Source: Macrostomum lignano
Lineage: Eukaryota
Length of the DNA: 64,000 nt
Direction of reading: 5' to 3'
Assembly: GCA_002269645.1 (NCBI GenBank)
Contig: NIVC01002184.1
Span: 62,001 to 126,000 of the forward strand
A program made the position numbers and the translations under genes. The notes beneath the pieces were generated by a model that was not told where the DNA came from, ran no database searches, and saw only the letters and a program-made list of their open reading frames with translations. Shown in pieces: positions 46,978-60,341 of the stretch (the first letter of the stretch is position 1; each line of letters begins with the position of its first letter).

Positions 46978-47208
46978 GTGGAGGGTGGGGCTAGGGCCTG
47001 TATAGATTTTCTACAAATGAATATATCTACTGACTACTTGAATAAAAATTAAGATTTTTTACTTTCCTATTACTATTATATTGCTAGTATTGCTACTTGT
47101 TGGAGAAGGAAAATACATGGAAGCACTATCAGTTCTGGAATTTGCTATCTATGCTATGACTATAATAGTTGCTTTTAAAGTAATTAGTTTATAATAGCCT
47201 ATATATTT

Positions 47209-49947
47209 GGGTGCAGCCAAAATCGTCATATTTAAAATCATCATATGATGATGACAACTTGAACAAATCTCGAAGACTCGAAGACTTAAACATTTAAATA
47301 TGACGACTTTGACCAAAGGCAAGGGTGTATGAATTTAGGATTTTCCTACCTTCAGGCAAAAATCCCTTGCATATGCACCCATAATTTTCTCTTGCTTGCT
47401 CCGACAGCCGGGTTCTCAAGTCTAATAAATCTAATAAAACTATAAAATAAAACTAAGTCTAAAGTGCACAAAACTAATAAATAAATTTGAACTATTCGAA
47501 CGCAAAAGGAAAAAGACAAGAAAAAGAAAAAGGAAAAGGGGGTTGAAAATTAGGCGGCACATCAAGGCAGTATAAATATTAAAAAAGGAGGTTACTTACT
47601 TACTTACTACTGACGGGGGGCGCAGGCGCCGCGAATAGGCCGCGAGGCCCCTATCGCAACCCCAAGGTAAAAGAGCACAAGGATTAGCCTTGGGGGTGCG
47701 CCCAGTCCCCGCCAGTAGTCGGCAGGTCCGCAGTGGAGGCATCGGCGACCCTCATCCGGCCGGAGTCCCGGACGAAGGCGCGGAGGTCTCGGATATTGTC
47801 CGCGGTGGTCAGCTCGTCCATCCGCTGGGGGTGGCCGAGGTATTTGTGCCGCGCCTTGTTGAAGTAAGGGCAGAAGGTGACGTGATGCTCCGCGGTCTCC
47901 TCTCCTATGCCACAGAAGGGACAGGTGGGAGGGCAACCGGTTTGCAACGATATATGTCTCTGGAAGAATCCGTGGCCGGTTAGGACCATGCACATCTCCC
48001 TGAGGTCGGTTCTGTTAAGCGAAATCAGATAATCAGAGACTTTCCTGTTCAGGTTAGGCATGGCAGAGCGGCTCTGCCTGTACTCGGTGCAGCTGTTCCA
48101 GTGGAGCTGGTGCTGCTGATGGAGCCACCTGTTGATATGGCGGGTGACTTGCGACCTGGGGGTGGGTAGCCTCATCAGACGGTGGTTGCCGTCTGGGTTG
48201 CTGCCCTCCTTGGCGAGAGAGTCCGCGAGCTCGTTGCCCAGGATGTTGCTGTGACCAGGTGTCCAGATAATTCTAATCCTGTTAAGGACTGAGAGAGATT
48301 GCACACTGCGGTGGCATTGAGATACTGTAGCAGCGGAGATATTCTCAGTGGTTAAGGCCTTAATAGCAGCTTGGCTATCAGTGTAGAAATTAATGTCAAA
48401 ATTATTAATGTTCGCCTGAAACAGTTGCTGGGCACACTGCTCAATGGCGCAAATTTCAGCTTGGAAAACTGAGGTGTTCTCACCGAGGTGCAGACTTTCC
48501 TGGAGAAGCATCTTACCCTCGTGGAAAATGGCAATACCCGCTCCAGCGCGGCCGTTGAACAGCGAGCCGTCGGTGAAGCAGTGAATGCCCTGGCTGCGCC
48601 GGTTCACACCGACATCCAGCGGAATGTTGTCTCGGCCAGGGATGGCGGTCTTGAAGCCCCTCCTGATGTTGAGGGCGGGAGGTCGACTATCCACATTGCC
48701 CAGGTCCATGTGGATGTTGTTAAGGTCGCGGCGGACAAAGTCCATATGCGGGATTAATGTTTTCATTGGCATAAAGCCAGAGGGCGCGTTATTTAACGTT
48801 TTATCTCTGATAAGCCGGGAGGCAGACTTCATAGCCTCCGCCCTAATAAATAGGTGAAGCGGAGGTAGGTTAAGGATAGTGTTCAGCCCCTCGTAAGGGG
48901 TGGACGGGTACGCACCTGTGATGGCACGGCAAATGCTGCCCTGAAGCTGGTACAGCCGCTGACGGGCGGCCTTCTGCTCCAGCACGCTAGTCCAGATGAG
49001 ACTCGCGTATGTGATACTGGGCCGGATGATGCCGGTATAAATCCAACGGACCGTTCTAGGCGAGAGGCCCCAAGTCGGCCCGATGGCTCTGCGCAGCTGG
49101 GCAAAGCAGCGTTTTGCCCGACCGATGACGTTATCAAGGTGCTTCGTCCAGCGCAGGTCATGCGTTAGCGTCACACCGAGGTATTTGACCTCCTTCTTGA
49201 AGGGGATGTTTCTGCCATAGACAGTGAGGTTTTTCATCTCCCACTTACGGCGCTTGGTGAAAACGACAGCGACAGTCTTAGTGACGCTGATTTTTAGGCC
49301 ATGCTGTGTAGCCCAGTCGGCCGCCTTGTCGGCGAATTGCTGCATCAGGTTGCGCAGAGTGGCGGGGTCGGGTCCGCTGACGACCGAAAAAAGGAGGTTA
49401 CACTCAACGGGTGGGGGTGCCGCTAGACACACTACTGGACCAAAAATCCCATGCGTGGAGACTACCGATAGAACGGCTCACAAACATGCAAGCAACAAAA
49501 TTAAAACAAAAGTTTTGACCAAGATTCCAGTGGGGGGAAACTACTTTTCCAACCAAAGGAAGAACAGAACAATTTCTGGAACCTCCAGTCAATGGAAATG
49601 TGACAAAAATTGAACAATGAGCGGACAAAAATTAAACATTTGTAGCAGTTTTCCTTTTAAATAAGTTATTAAAGTAATGAATGGTACGTTCAAATATCAA
49701 TTAAGTGGCACCCGACTGCCACACATGACTACTGAGAATACACTGTAAATTGTTTTAATTTGTTAGAGCAAACAAGAACATGCTGCCGCCATGAGCTAAG
49801 ATCCTTGCGCAGCCAATGCAACACAATATGACGATTTAGTGAATGCAGCATTGTCTAATACTAAGATGATGACGATTTAGATAATTTAGTTGTTTTTCTC
49901 GTAAGCCGCAGATGACAATCTCGAATATGACGACTTCGGCCGGAACC
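47209..49947. mobile_element. Mutator-like non-autonomous element interrupted by a LINE
   Basis: 24-bp imperfect TIRs (GGGTGCAGCCAAAATCGTCATATT vs GGTTCCGGCCGAAGTCGTCATATT), repeated subterminal ATGACGA motifs, 9-bp TSD TATATATTT (47200-47208) / TATATATTC (49948-49956). Confidence 0.7.
47596..49386 (-). mobile_element. 5'-truncated non-LTR retrotransposon with RNase H (LOA/R1/I-group like)
   Basis: Open ORF with the end of RT (VKYLGVTL), RNase H ([42 protein letters not shown]) and a CCHC knuckle (CPFC...[10 protein letters not shown]). (TAAG)n tail; 15-bp TSD AAAAAAGGAGGTTAC at 47581-47595 and 49387-49401. Confidence 0.92.
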
Positions 49948-50395
49948 TATATATTCTTAGAATATATAGGAATATTCTTTAGGCTTTAGGGCTACTTGTT
50001 ATATTATATTTGGACTTGTCTGACTTGCTTGCTTAGTTGCCAATAAATCAATGAAATAAATGAGAATTATATATATATTGTACCTTATAACTCAATGTGT
50101 ATAGCTCTGTTGATATTGATTTTATTAAATATAATCCACTTTGGTAATAGCCATTTTGGCAATAGCCACATCAGTAACTTTGGTAGCAAAGCATATTTAC
50201 AACTATTGACATTTTATGGCATTCTTTCATTTTACGATCACCTAGCACTGTCCCTATGGGAGTCGGGACTTTCGTTATACGATCCCCCCACAGAGAATGG
50301 AAAATTGCTCTTAAAATTGAACTTCAAATAGGACCACTTCTAAGTGTGTCATTTTAACAAAAAATATTATGTCTTATAGAAGTTAGAAGCCTGTC

Positions 50396-51027
50396 CTTAT
50401 ATTCACTTTCGTTATGCAATCATTTAAATGGTGAAGTTATATGCAGATAATCGCAAGACGAAACTGAAAGAGCTTGTAGATTTCGACTTACAATCACACC
50501 AATAGTAAAATTGTATTGGAGAAATTGTATGATGAAATGGTAGGAGATTGTCGGTATAATAGACATTTCAACCAAACAATCAATTGCAGCCTCTAATATG
50601 TCCGCGAACCAAAAGCCACTCGCTATTTACACAGCTCTTTTTGCACAGCCTTTTCGGGCGCTGACGCCACCCTATGCCCCCCTCACTTTCGTCATACGAT
50701 CACCACTCGGTATAACACATAGGTCCAATGAACTGGGGGGGGGCGGCGCTTGTGAATCTTATAATGAATACAATTTCATTCTTAAACCCTGTAGATCGTT
50801 GATGGAGATCAATGTAGCAGTTCATATCCATAGCTGCTGTGAACTGGTGCAACTTTGCCAGGGATGTAATGTGTAATCCATTCACTTTCATCATACAATC
50901 CCTCTAATACAATTCTACCAATGCGGTGATCGTAATTCAAAACCTACAAGCTCTTTTGGTTTCGTCTTGCGATCATCTACATATAACTTCACTATTTAAA
51001 TGATTGTATGACGAAAGTGAATATAAG
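50396..51027. mobile_element. Foldback/MITE with about 140-bp imperfect inverted arms
   Basis: 50396-50540 is the imperfect reverse complement of about 50885-51027; no clear TSD seen. Confidence 0.75.
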
Positions 51028-51301
51028 CTACGTGCTTTCATAACTAATGTTATGCTGACGATCCTCAAGTTGACTGGAAAGTGAGTTGCAATGATTTTGT
51101 TCTTGGAAAATAAATGTGAAATGTACTTTTTGATAAACTAGAGTGTCTTTTTGACTCTTTTTTAATAGGGATTGTAAGACAAAACTTGACCTGCTCAGGG
51201 ATCCTAAAATGAAAGAATGCCCACTTTATTTTTATGATAAAACTATTGACTATTGACACTTTAGTTTTTCAATAGTTAATTTAATAATTTATATTTCAAA
51301 C

Positions 51302-51892
51302 CCCTATAGGAAAAAGTTGTAAAACCGCGGACGGTGTCCGGCGCACTTTTGAAATTTTTCTAAAGCGCAGCGCGCGCACAGGCGTAGCGCCTGCGTGCGC
51401 TGCCCTTTCTTACTGGCTGCTGCTCTAGCAAATACATATACATGGAAATGGGTATAATACCTCTGTTGAAGGGGCTTATACACTCGTAATTTATTAAGCT
51501 TAGAGATGTTCCGAAAATTCAATTTCAATTTTCCAAAATTTGAAATTTTTTAGAGCGAATTTCAATTTCGAAATAAAATTTAGAAGTGAAAATTTTGGTA
51601 GTGTCTAAAAAGTCGCTAAAAATAAACTACTTTCTACTACATATACATGTATTACTTTTTGCTTAAGCAGTAAATTGAAAGTAAAAAAGTGAGTGTTGAT
51701 CATACTAAACTTTGTTTTTCTGAATTATGATTTCGGGAAATTTCAATTTTGATTTAAAAAAGTTAGCGAATTTTGATTTTGACGAAACTGCAGATCTTTC
51801 GGAACATCTCTAATAATCCTAAAGCGCGGTAAAATAGTTTGACTCTTTTCTAAAGCGCGCATCCGCAGGTTTTAACATTTATTCCAATAGGG
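51302..51892. mobile_element. MITE with 8-bp TSD (hAT/P/Merlin class)
   Basis: About 30-bp imperfect TIRs starting CCCTAT(A/T)GGAA; perfect TSD TTTCAAAC at 51294-51301 and 51893-51900. Confidence 0.85.
51501..51812. mobile_element. Nested hAT-like MITE
   Basis: Perfect 16-bp TIR TAGAGATGTTCCGAAA; degenerate 8-bp flanks ATTAAGCT / ATAATCCT. Confidence 0.65.
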
Positions 51893-53477
51893 TTTCAAAC
51901 ATCTTATTGCTACATATAATAAAATTTTCTAGTAGAACTATATAATTTTTTTATTTAAACCTGTGCATTAACTTTGTGAAAAAGTTTAAAAAGGCTAAGA
52001 AAATTAAGCTAAGCAAGCTTGCATAGGCCTAAAGCCTACATTGAAATTGAAAAATTGAAATAATTAGGCCTAAAAAATAAAAAAATAGATTCTGTAATTT
52101 CAAATCACTATTCGCTAACTAGATCAGAGATTCTAATGTATACAATATACATAAGGCCTACAATATTTAGTCAATTATAGGATGTCTTGGTGCATATATC
52201 TGATTCATCTAGAAATTAAAATAGATATTGGTTAAAACACTATTAAACAAGATAAACATATGCAGGTATATATATATGTTTTGTCTTGGTTTGTATATGT
52301 TTTGTTTTGTATGTATATGTTTTGTTAAAAGTTTGTTCGCACATTCTTTTGTTATTGACATATGTGGTCATTTTTGTTATTGTAAAAGCTGTTACCAAAA
52401 TGGTTGTTACCCAAGTGGACTGTTACAGATTTTATTTTTTATAGCTAAAAAGTAGCTTAGACTTTAAATAGTATAGATATACTATATACCATAGTCTAGT
52501 CTGGATCATGGCAGGTATATGCTGGAATGAAAATTCTTGTTTTTCAATTTTATGCCAACCTAAAATTAAACTTTTTTACACCAAGCCTAAAGTATTTTAT
52601 ATGCTATTTTTTAGAGAATATAAAGTTTTAGAATTATAAGAGTTTTAGGCCTACTAAACTTTAAAATGACTGTTTTTTGCTAAAAACTGATATTCTTAGT
52701 TTTAATTTTGTTTTTCTCATAATTTGCAATATATTTCCTATTTTTGTTTCCAATTTTAAAAAAAGCTTTTGTTGGTTGATATTTAGCTACACAAATATAT
52801 TAGGTTTCAACTTGGCTATTTTTGTATGCTAACTATGTACATTTCATGTTGAATCTTAGACTTATCTTAGTTTATCTTAGACAACTGCAGCTTCTAAAAA
52901 GATAAATATTTATAATAACTTATCTTTACCTTATTGTAATTTATGTTGGCTAGATAGGCTGATTGACAATGCTTTATGCATGTATAGAATAATATAGATC
53001 TTTAAAAGCCTAATGCCTTAATTGTATTTTTTAATTTTTTTTTAATTCTCTATATTGTTTAAATGTAGGCAGAAGCCTCTGTATTAAATTCCAGCAGTTT
53101 TGTAGAAAGTAGAGAATATTGTTTTTTGAGAAATGAGTCAATTACTAGATTTTTTAAAATATCAAAACTGCAAGTAATATCACTTAGCATCCTAGATCCC
53201 AACTGTAATGCCAGTTGTTATTAGTCAATATTGGACCTTTAATCTACCTTTCTCTTGCACTGATGAGCCTCTCTAACCCTCAGAAACAGTGTGAAAATTG
53301 ATTTTTATACTCATAATCACATTATGACTATAGATGCGAGGTGATAGAGATATTTCTGTTATTAAAATTCATTTATGGATCCAACTAAAGTATTGAACTA
53401 TAGTTTTTAAACCAGCATGTTAAAATAAATTATTGTTCATGTACCAAGGCCCTGCAGAGGGCTATTGAAGGTGCCAG

Positions 53478-56400
53478 ATGTCTGAGCCACCAGTCTGGCC
53501 CACCTGGGCCAGCAAGCTGCTGCTGCTGTTGCGCTACCTTGGCCTGCTTCGAATCAGGCACTTTCTTCGCCTAGCAACTGGACTCGTGCTCATGGTTTTG
53601 TTCGTGCCAGCCAACATTTGGATCTACAACTTCATTGACTCGTTAGTGATGAACAACAATGCTGTCTCTGGCTCGGTTGGAGTGAATTTGATTGACAGCT
53701 CAAACTATGCGGCTAGCAGCCGGGCATTTCTGTTTGCTCAGAATGCCACCGATTTCTATGCTTTGGAGTCAACAATGCTGGCGAGAGGCGTGCCATCTGG
53801 CACCCTGGCCCGGTGAGTTCCTGCTGCACAGTGTTCTGTGGCACTTTTGTGTCGGTCTTAGGGTTCCTTGTGTCTGCCAGGCGTGTCCTTTAATCTTTGC
53901 TGTTTTCTGTCTTCTATCTGTCTGTCTGTATGTCTGTCTGTTTGTCTGTCTTAGTGTCTGTTTGTTTGTCTGTCTGTCTATCTGTCTGTCTGTCTGTCTG
54001 TCTGTCTGTGTCTGTCCGTCAACCTATCTTTAGAGTTGCTAGCACGTCTCTATCTAAAATATGCTTTCCTCATTTAGAGCTAAATACTGATTACCATTTC
54101 CTCGTCTCTCACTGTCCCGTTTGGCATGTTTTGGCCTGTGTTCTGCTATATTTAGAGCCTGCATCTGTATTTAATTCAATGCTCAGAAACCCCTTGCCCT
54201 TAATTAGGGCTAGGCCAGGACTAGGGCGAGGGTTGGGTGCAGCTGATTTCCAAGAAAAGCTTCGGCACTCGGCCAGAGCGGAAAATTTGTTAGCCAGCCG
54301 ATCCGATTGTGCATCCTGTGGTGCCGAAATTGGCGCGCAGAAATTCAAATTTCCTTGCACGCGAAAGTTAAACGCAGTAATCGTAAATGTTTTCCTGCCT
54401 TCAGCTTGCGACAGTGTAACTCTTTACTCTTGTGTTGTCGCTATGGAACTTTTAAACTGTACGAGTTCACCAGCTAGCTCTATTTTGGTCAAACTCTATT
54501 ACACTATGACTGCATGCATGTTTTTGACCATATCTTTCGCACACGAAATTCAAATAGAATTCACGGCCTTCATTCAGTCAAAGCTTCTGGACCTTCAACG
54601 GGTGACAACTAGGTGACTATGGATACGCTACTACAGCCTTAACTCCGTGAATTCCATTGAAAACTTTACCGTTAGCAATTACAAGAATCGCTTTAAGATT
54701 CATTGCAAACAACTCAATACTGACTCTGTTGCAACTCTCATGACTTTTGAATGACTCAAATGACTGCAATGTCACCCAAGAGTCGTGTTAACTCTTAACT
54801 CTCTGCACTAACTCATGCAGACTAAATAAAATTATGAATGCGAAATGCTATTCCAATTCATAAAGTGACGCTTTAGACGCGCTTTAGACAAGTCAGTTCA
54901 GATTCTCAGGCAAAAAACGTCTCAAATGGTCTCCTTAACGACATTTTGGCGAATTGTGTCCTTGTAAGTGTCTTGCTCAAGGACACAAATTGTTCTCCGA
55001 GTGGGTCAAGAGTCGAACCCCCGACCTTTCAGTTGTGAGTCCGGCGCTCTAACCACTGAGCTATAAATCCTGTTGTAGCAATGACACAGATACTATTAAT
55101 AGAGTCACTAGACTAGATGGGCCACTCAGCACATTTGCGTGCAACCTACTTTCAGTTCAGTAGTAAGTTAAACTGAAGCATTTTAGTGTATTTTAAAAGC
55201 CAAGGCTCATTTATTGGCTCTTACCCCCCCCCCCACAGCCAGCTTAAACCCTCCAACCGCGCCGTTACACACTAACCCCTCGCCCCGCCCAATTTTTATT
55301 GTCTTCCTCGGAATTCCAGCCTAGAGCTGTCATGTACATTTTAGTGGACTGGCTAATGTACATTATTGAATTGCTGAACCAATTAGCAAGTTGTTTACGC
55401 CTGCAAGCTTGGGCTTCTAAACTTATCGAAGTCGTTTCAGCTGCCTTTGTTTTTAAAAAATAGCTTATGTATTCTTCTTTGCTACTGAACTGATAGTAGA
55501 AAGCTGTTTTACTAGTGCATTCACGAACCCCCCCCCCTGAACATAATGCCCAGCTGTTCGGGCTGGCCTGGCTGTCAGCACAGCTTCCTGACGGGTCTCT
55601 ACTCCGCTCTACTGGAAACCTACGTGCAGACAGCCCGACTCGATGCCGCTGGCTCGCCTGTGCAAGTTGAGTGCTCCGGCGGCCCCATTGACGCCCTGAC
55701 CTGCGCCTATTTTATGCAGCTGCTGATGCGCCCGACTGTCGGCATCAACGGCACTGGCGACGGCCTTGAAGGCTTGGCCGCAGGCGGTGCGGCTTTCAAA
55801 GAGGTCGGCTTCCTGCGCTTTGTTGTCAATTCGCCGAAAGACAGAAGCTACTCCAGTGGCAGAGATTTCGGTCCCGGCGCTACTGACGGAGTTACAGTTG
55901 GTGAGCTGTGCGAAAGGCTGGGATTGAGTGCTGACCGCACTGTGTACACTGCTAACACACTGAGAAATTGTGCTATGCAGCTGTACACCTGTGCGTGCTT
56001 CGGTTCGACTGTTGATAGACAGATGACACCTGGAAGGTGTCGAAGCCCGCTGTAGTTAACCTGCTACAGCCAGGTACTGGTTTGATTCGTTTGGCTGCTC
56101 GGGCAGTGCAACAAGTGAAGTCAAAGTTGGCCCGGTAGCACGCGCAGGTGTGCGTTAAGAGGGTTAGGCCCCAAGGCACAGAGAGTGCATTTTTGACGAT
56201 TAGAAGGTCACTAGGTCAAGGCCGCTGAGCTCCCACCCTTTACACTGCCGAGGCTCTGACCCACAAGTATATGAATTAGTTACAGAAAATCCTTCGCCAT
56301 CATTTTTCCCAGAGTCACCGCCCAGCTTCCCAGCAGAGATGCTGCCTGAGCTGAAGCCGCCCCCCGACACGCCCTGCACCAGGGCCGAGTCTGTCGGCAT

Positions 56401-59400
56401 TTTCAGCGCCATATCTCGGCTTCACTCTGTGCTCCTGTTGACCGCCATGGTTTCTATGCTTCTGCAGGTAAGCCCAAGCGAAAAAGCTGCAGTACCGAAT
56501 GCGGTGGCCTTGATTGAACTGGGTAGAGGTGTGGAAATAAGCGACCCTAGGCTTAATGAGATTTGAGTAAAAGTAATCTAAAAAAATGCCTCAGCTTGGT
56601 TCTGGCTCGTAGATGGCTGCAGCCTTTTCTGAATTTCTGAATTTCTGAAATGAGAAAAGATGTGTATATCGCGCACTTGTTCTTTGCGCGCTTGACTCGT
56701 GCGCTTGTCTCTTGCGCGCTTGTCTCTTGCGCGTTTGTTTCTTTTGCTCTTGTTTCTTGTTGTTTCTTGCGTTTGTTTCTTTCGCGCTTGTCTCTTGTGC
56801 GCTTGTTTGCGCACTTAATCTACTAGCAGCTACTTTTTGCAGTCGGCTCAGGTGTATTTCTATATATCAGCAGTTAGGGTTATTGTTTAGATGCATAAAT
56901 GTTTGGCAGTTAGAAACCTCGGATTGTCTTAACTACTTAAAGTAGTCCTTTAAGAGCCGCGCCGCCCTCGTTTCGCAGGCCGACCTGTTTCCGCTGAGCA
57001 ACCTTCGCCGGGCCGGCTTCCTCCGCCTGATGTACTTTAGTGGCCTACAGCCTGTCTTGACCTGGCTGGCAGCCTGGCTGTGGGGCCTGGCCGAGTGCTG
57101 CATCATTGGCTTGGCCGTGGCTGTGTCCTACCAGTGCCAGTGCTCTGGCGGGGTGCTGGAGTCTGACCGGTTTGCACTGGCTTTTCTGGCCGTTTTTTGT
57201 TCGTCTGTGCACTATATGGCCGTCGGCCTGCTGACCGTGTCCTGCCTCAAGTTCGGCTTTGTGAGTTTCGCCCGCTTCGACTCGTTTGGGGGAGGGTGGA
57301 GACCCACTGAAGGATTGGGGAGGTGATGAAGGATGGGGGAGTGGATGAAGGATCATGGATGGGATGAAGGATGGGGGAGGTGATGAAAGATCGGGGAGGG
57401 AATGAAGGATCGGGGAGGGGATAAGATCGGGGAGGGTATGAAGGATCTGGGAGGGGATGAAGGATCAGGGAGGGGATGAAGGATCGGGGAAGTGATGAAG
57501 GATCTGGGAGGTGATGAAGGATTGGGAGGGGATGAAGGATTGGGAGGGGATAAAGGATGTTGGAGGGGATGAAGGATGTTGGAGGGGATGAAGGATTGGG
57601 GAGGAATTGAAGCAGGTGGGTTGAAGGATGGGGGAGGGGATGAAGGATGGGGTAGGGGATAAAGGATGGGGGAGGGGATGAAGGATGTTGGAGGGGATGA
57701 AGGATTGGGGAGGAATTGAAGCAGGGCTGAAGGATGGGGAGAGGATGAAGGATCGGGGAGGAGATGAAGGATGGGGGAGGAGATGAAGGATGGGGGAGGG
57801 GATGAAGGATCGGGGAGGAGATGAAGGATGGGGTTGGGGATGAAGGATGGGGTTGGGGATGAAGGATGGGGTTGGGGATGAAGGATGGGGTTGGGGATGA
57901 AGGATGGGGGAGAGGATGAAGGATCAGGGAGGAGATGAAGGATGGGGGAGGGGATGAAGGATCGGGGAGGAGATGAAGGATGGGGTTGGGGATGAAGGAT
58001 GGGGTTGGAATGAAGGATCGGGGAGGTGATCACGGAGCTAATTCAATGAACTGAACTAAACCCCCTCAGGTGGTACTGGCTGTCCTGCTGTTGCACCTGG
58101 TGACCCTGGTCTGCTCATCCATCGCGGCCCTCACCTCCGACTCAGTCAAGTTGTTTTTGCGCTTGCTGTTGTCCTTCCTGCTGCCTGGCACCCAGCTGGA
58201 CAGTCTGCTCCTAGAAGCGGCGCTGCCCGTGGCAGGCGGCGGTCAGCCAGACCCGCTACGCGCAGAGAACATCCGCTACCTGATGCTGGGCTTCCTGTCC
58301 AGCCTCATCCTGGCCCTGGCCGCTCTGTACTCTGACACAGTGCAGCACGCTGGGCCGCGTAGCCGCGGCAAAAGTCCATGCGTCTGTTGCTACCCGCTGC
58401 ACCGCCTGTTCAGCTGCTGCTCAGCGACTCGGGCTTCGATTGAGCTCGACAATGCTGAGGCAAATGCTCTGCTGCAGAATAAGGACATAGTGGAGACGCC
58501 TGCGGCAGGCTTGGGGGAGCCCATGGTTCAGGCCAGGAATCTGGGCAAAACCTACAACTCAGGCGCTGATGGAGAGGACGGAGGCGACGCTGACGGCTGC
58601 TGCTGCGTTCGAGCCTGCAGTCACACCAAAACCAGGAAGGCTTTGGATCGTTTCTCCGGTTAGTCTTCATTTCGGCTTGAGGCTTGAGTCTTTTCTCACT
58701 CAGAAGCACTCCTTCACCTCTATTTCTCCCATGCCTTTTCCATATCTTTAGTTATCCATGTCATAATATCTTCAGTGGCTCTATCGACTCTGGAGCGATT
58801 CTTGTGCCTTTTTCAACTACTCAAACGCGTCCAATGCAACGAAGAGGCGATTTAAAGAGCTGTCTAAAAATTGTTGCCTTAACTTTCTACTAATTCAGTA
58901 GGCTAGTTAGAGTTTTAAGTGATTCTTGGGCGACTCTTTAACGACTTTTTGGCTACTTGTACCGTGACATCTCGTCGTCTAGAGTCACTTCCTTCCTATT
59001 TTACCTGTGTTGCCTGCAACGACTTTGAAGACTTGGGGCGGCGAAAGTAGTGATTCTGGGACGCTTCTTGGCCTGGGTACCGTTTTTATCGGGCCACGTC
59101 TTTCACCCACGTCTCCCACGCCTCCCCTCCACATCTCTCCCACACGTCTCCCCTCCACATCTCTCCCACACATCTCTCCCACACATCTCTCACCCACATC
59201 TCTCCCACACATCTCTCCCACACTTCTCTCCCCACATCTCCCCCCACATTTCTCAATCACATCCCCCCACACACATCTCTTACCCACATCTCCCGCCACA
59301 TTTCTCCCACACATCTCTCCCACACATCTCTCCCCACATCTCTCACCCACATCTCCCCCCAAATTTCTCAATCACATCCCCCACACACATCTCTCACCCA

Positions 59401-60307
59401 CATCTCCCCCCAGTGCCCCCACATTTCTCAATCACATCCCCCATACACATCTCTCACCCACATCTCCCCCGCATCTCTCCCACACATCTCTCATCTCTCA
59501 CCCACATCTCCCCCGCATCTCTCCCACACATCTCTCATCTCTCACCCACATCTCCCCCGCATCTCTCCCACACATCTCTCATCTCTCACCCACATCTCCC
59601 CCGCATCTCTCCCACACATCTCTCATCTCTCACCTACATCTCCCCCGCATCTCTCCCACACATCTCTCATCTCTCACCCACATCTCCCCCCAGTGCCCCC
59701 ACATTTCTCAATCACATCCCCCACACACATCTCTCACCCACATCTCCCCCAGTGCCCCCACATTTCTCAATCACATCCCCCACACATCTCCCCACATCTC
59801 TCACCCACATCTCTCCCACACATCTCTCACCCACATCTCCCCCCCACATTTCTCAATCACATCCCCCACACATCAACCCCACATCTCCTGCCACACATCT
59901 CGCCCACATCTCCCCCCCCGCATCTCTCCCACACATCTCTCACCCACATCTGTCAGCCACATCTCTCATATATTATTATCTCTTTTCCCTCAATTTCCCT
60001 CTCAGCTCTTTTCTCTTATCTGCAAAGCAATAAACCCTTAAGGACACACAGAAAGCCATAAGCTGTAGCAATGATCCCCTGCCCGCAGCCGATATCTACT
60101 CTGGCCAGATCACTGCTATAATCGGGCCCAACGGTTCGGGCAAGTCAACGCTGATTCGCCTGCTGGCTGGCGACGAGCTGCCAACCAGCGGCTCGGCCTC
60201 CGTCTCCGGGATCTGCGTGACCGACCCCATCCAGCGGCTGCACGCTGCCGGCCGCATCGGCGTGTGCTATCAGGTAGCTGCCAGTAGTAGTAGTTGTTGT
60301 TTGTTTT

Positions 60308-60341
<34 letters not shown>

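Noticed and set aside
47554-47570. GCGGCACATCAA shared with the 34-bp intron array at 8795-10100
   Set aside because: A single 12-bp match among many array units tested is compatible with chance.
53263-53300. CTGATGAG...GAAAC hammerhead-like words
   Set aside because: No stem II pairing and no NUH triplet.
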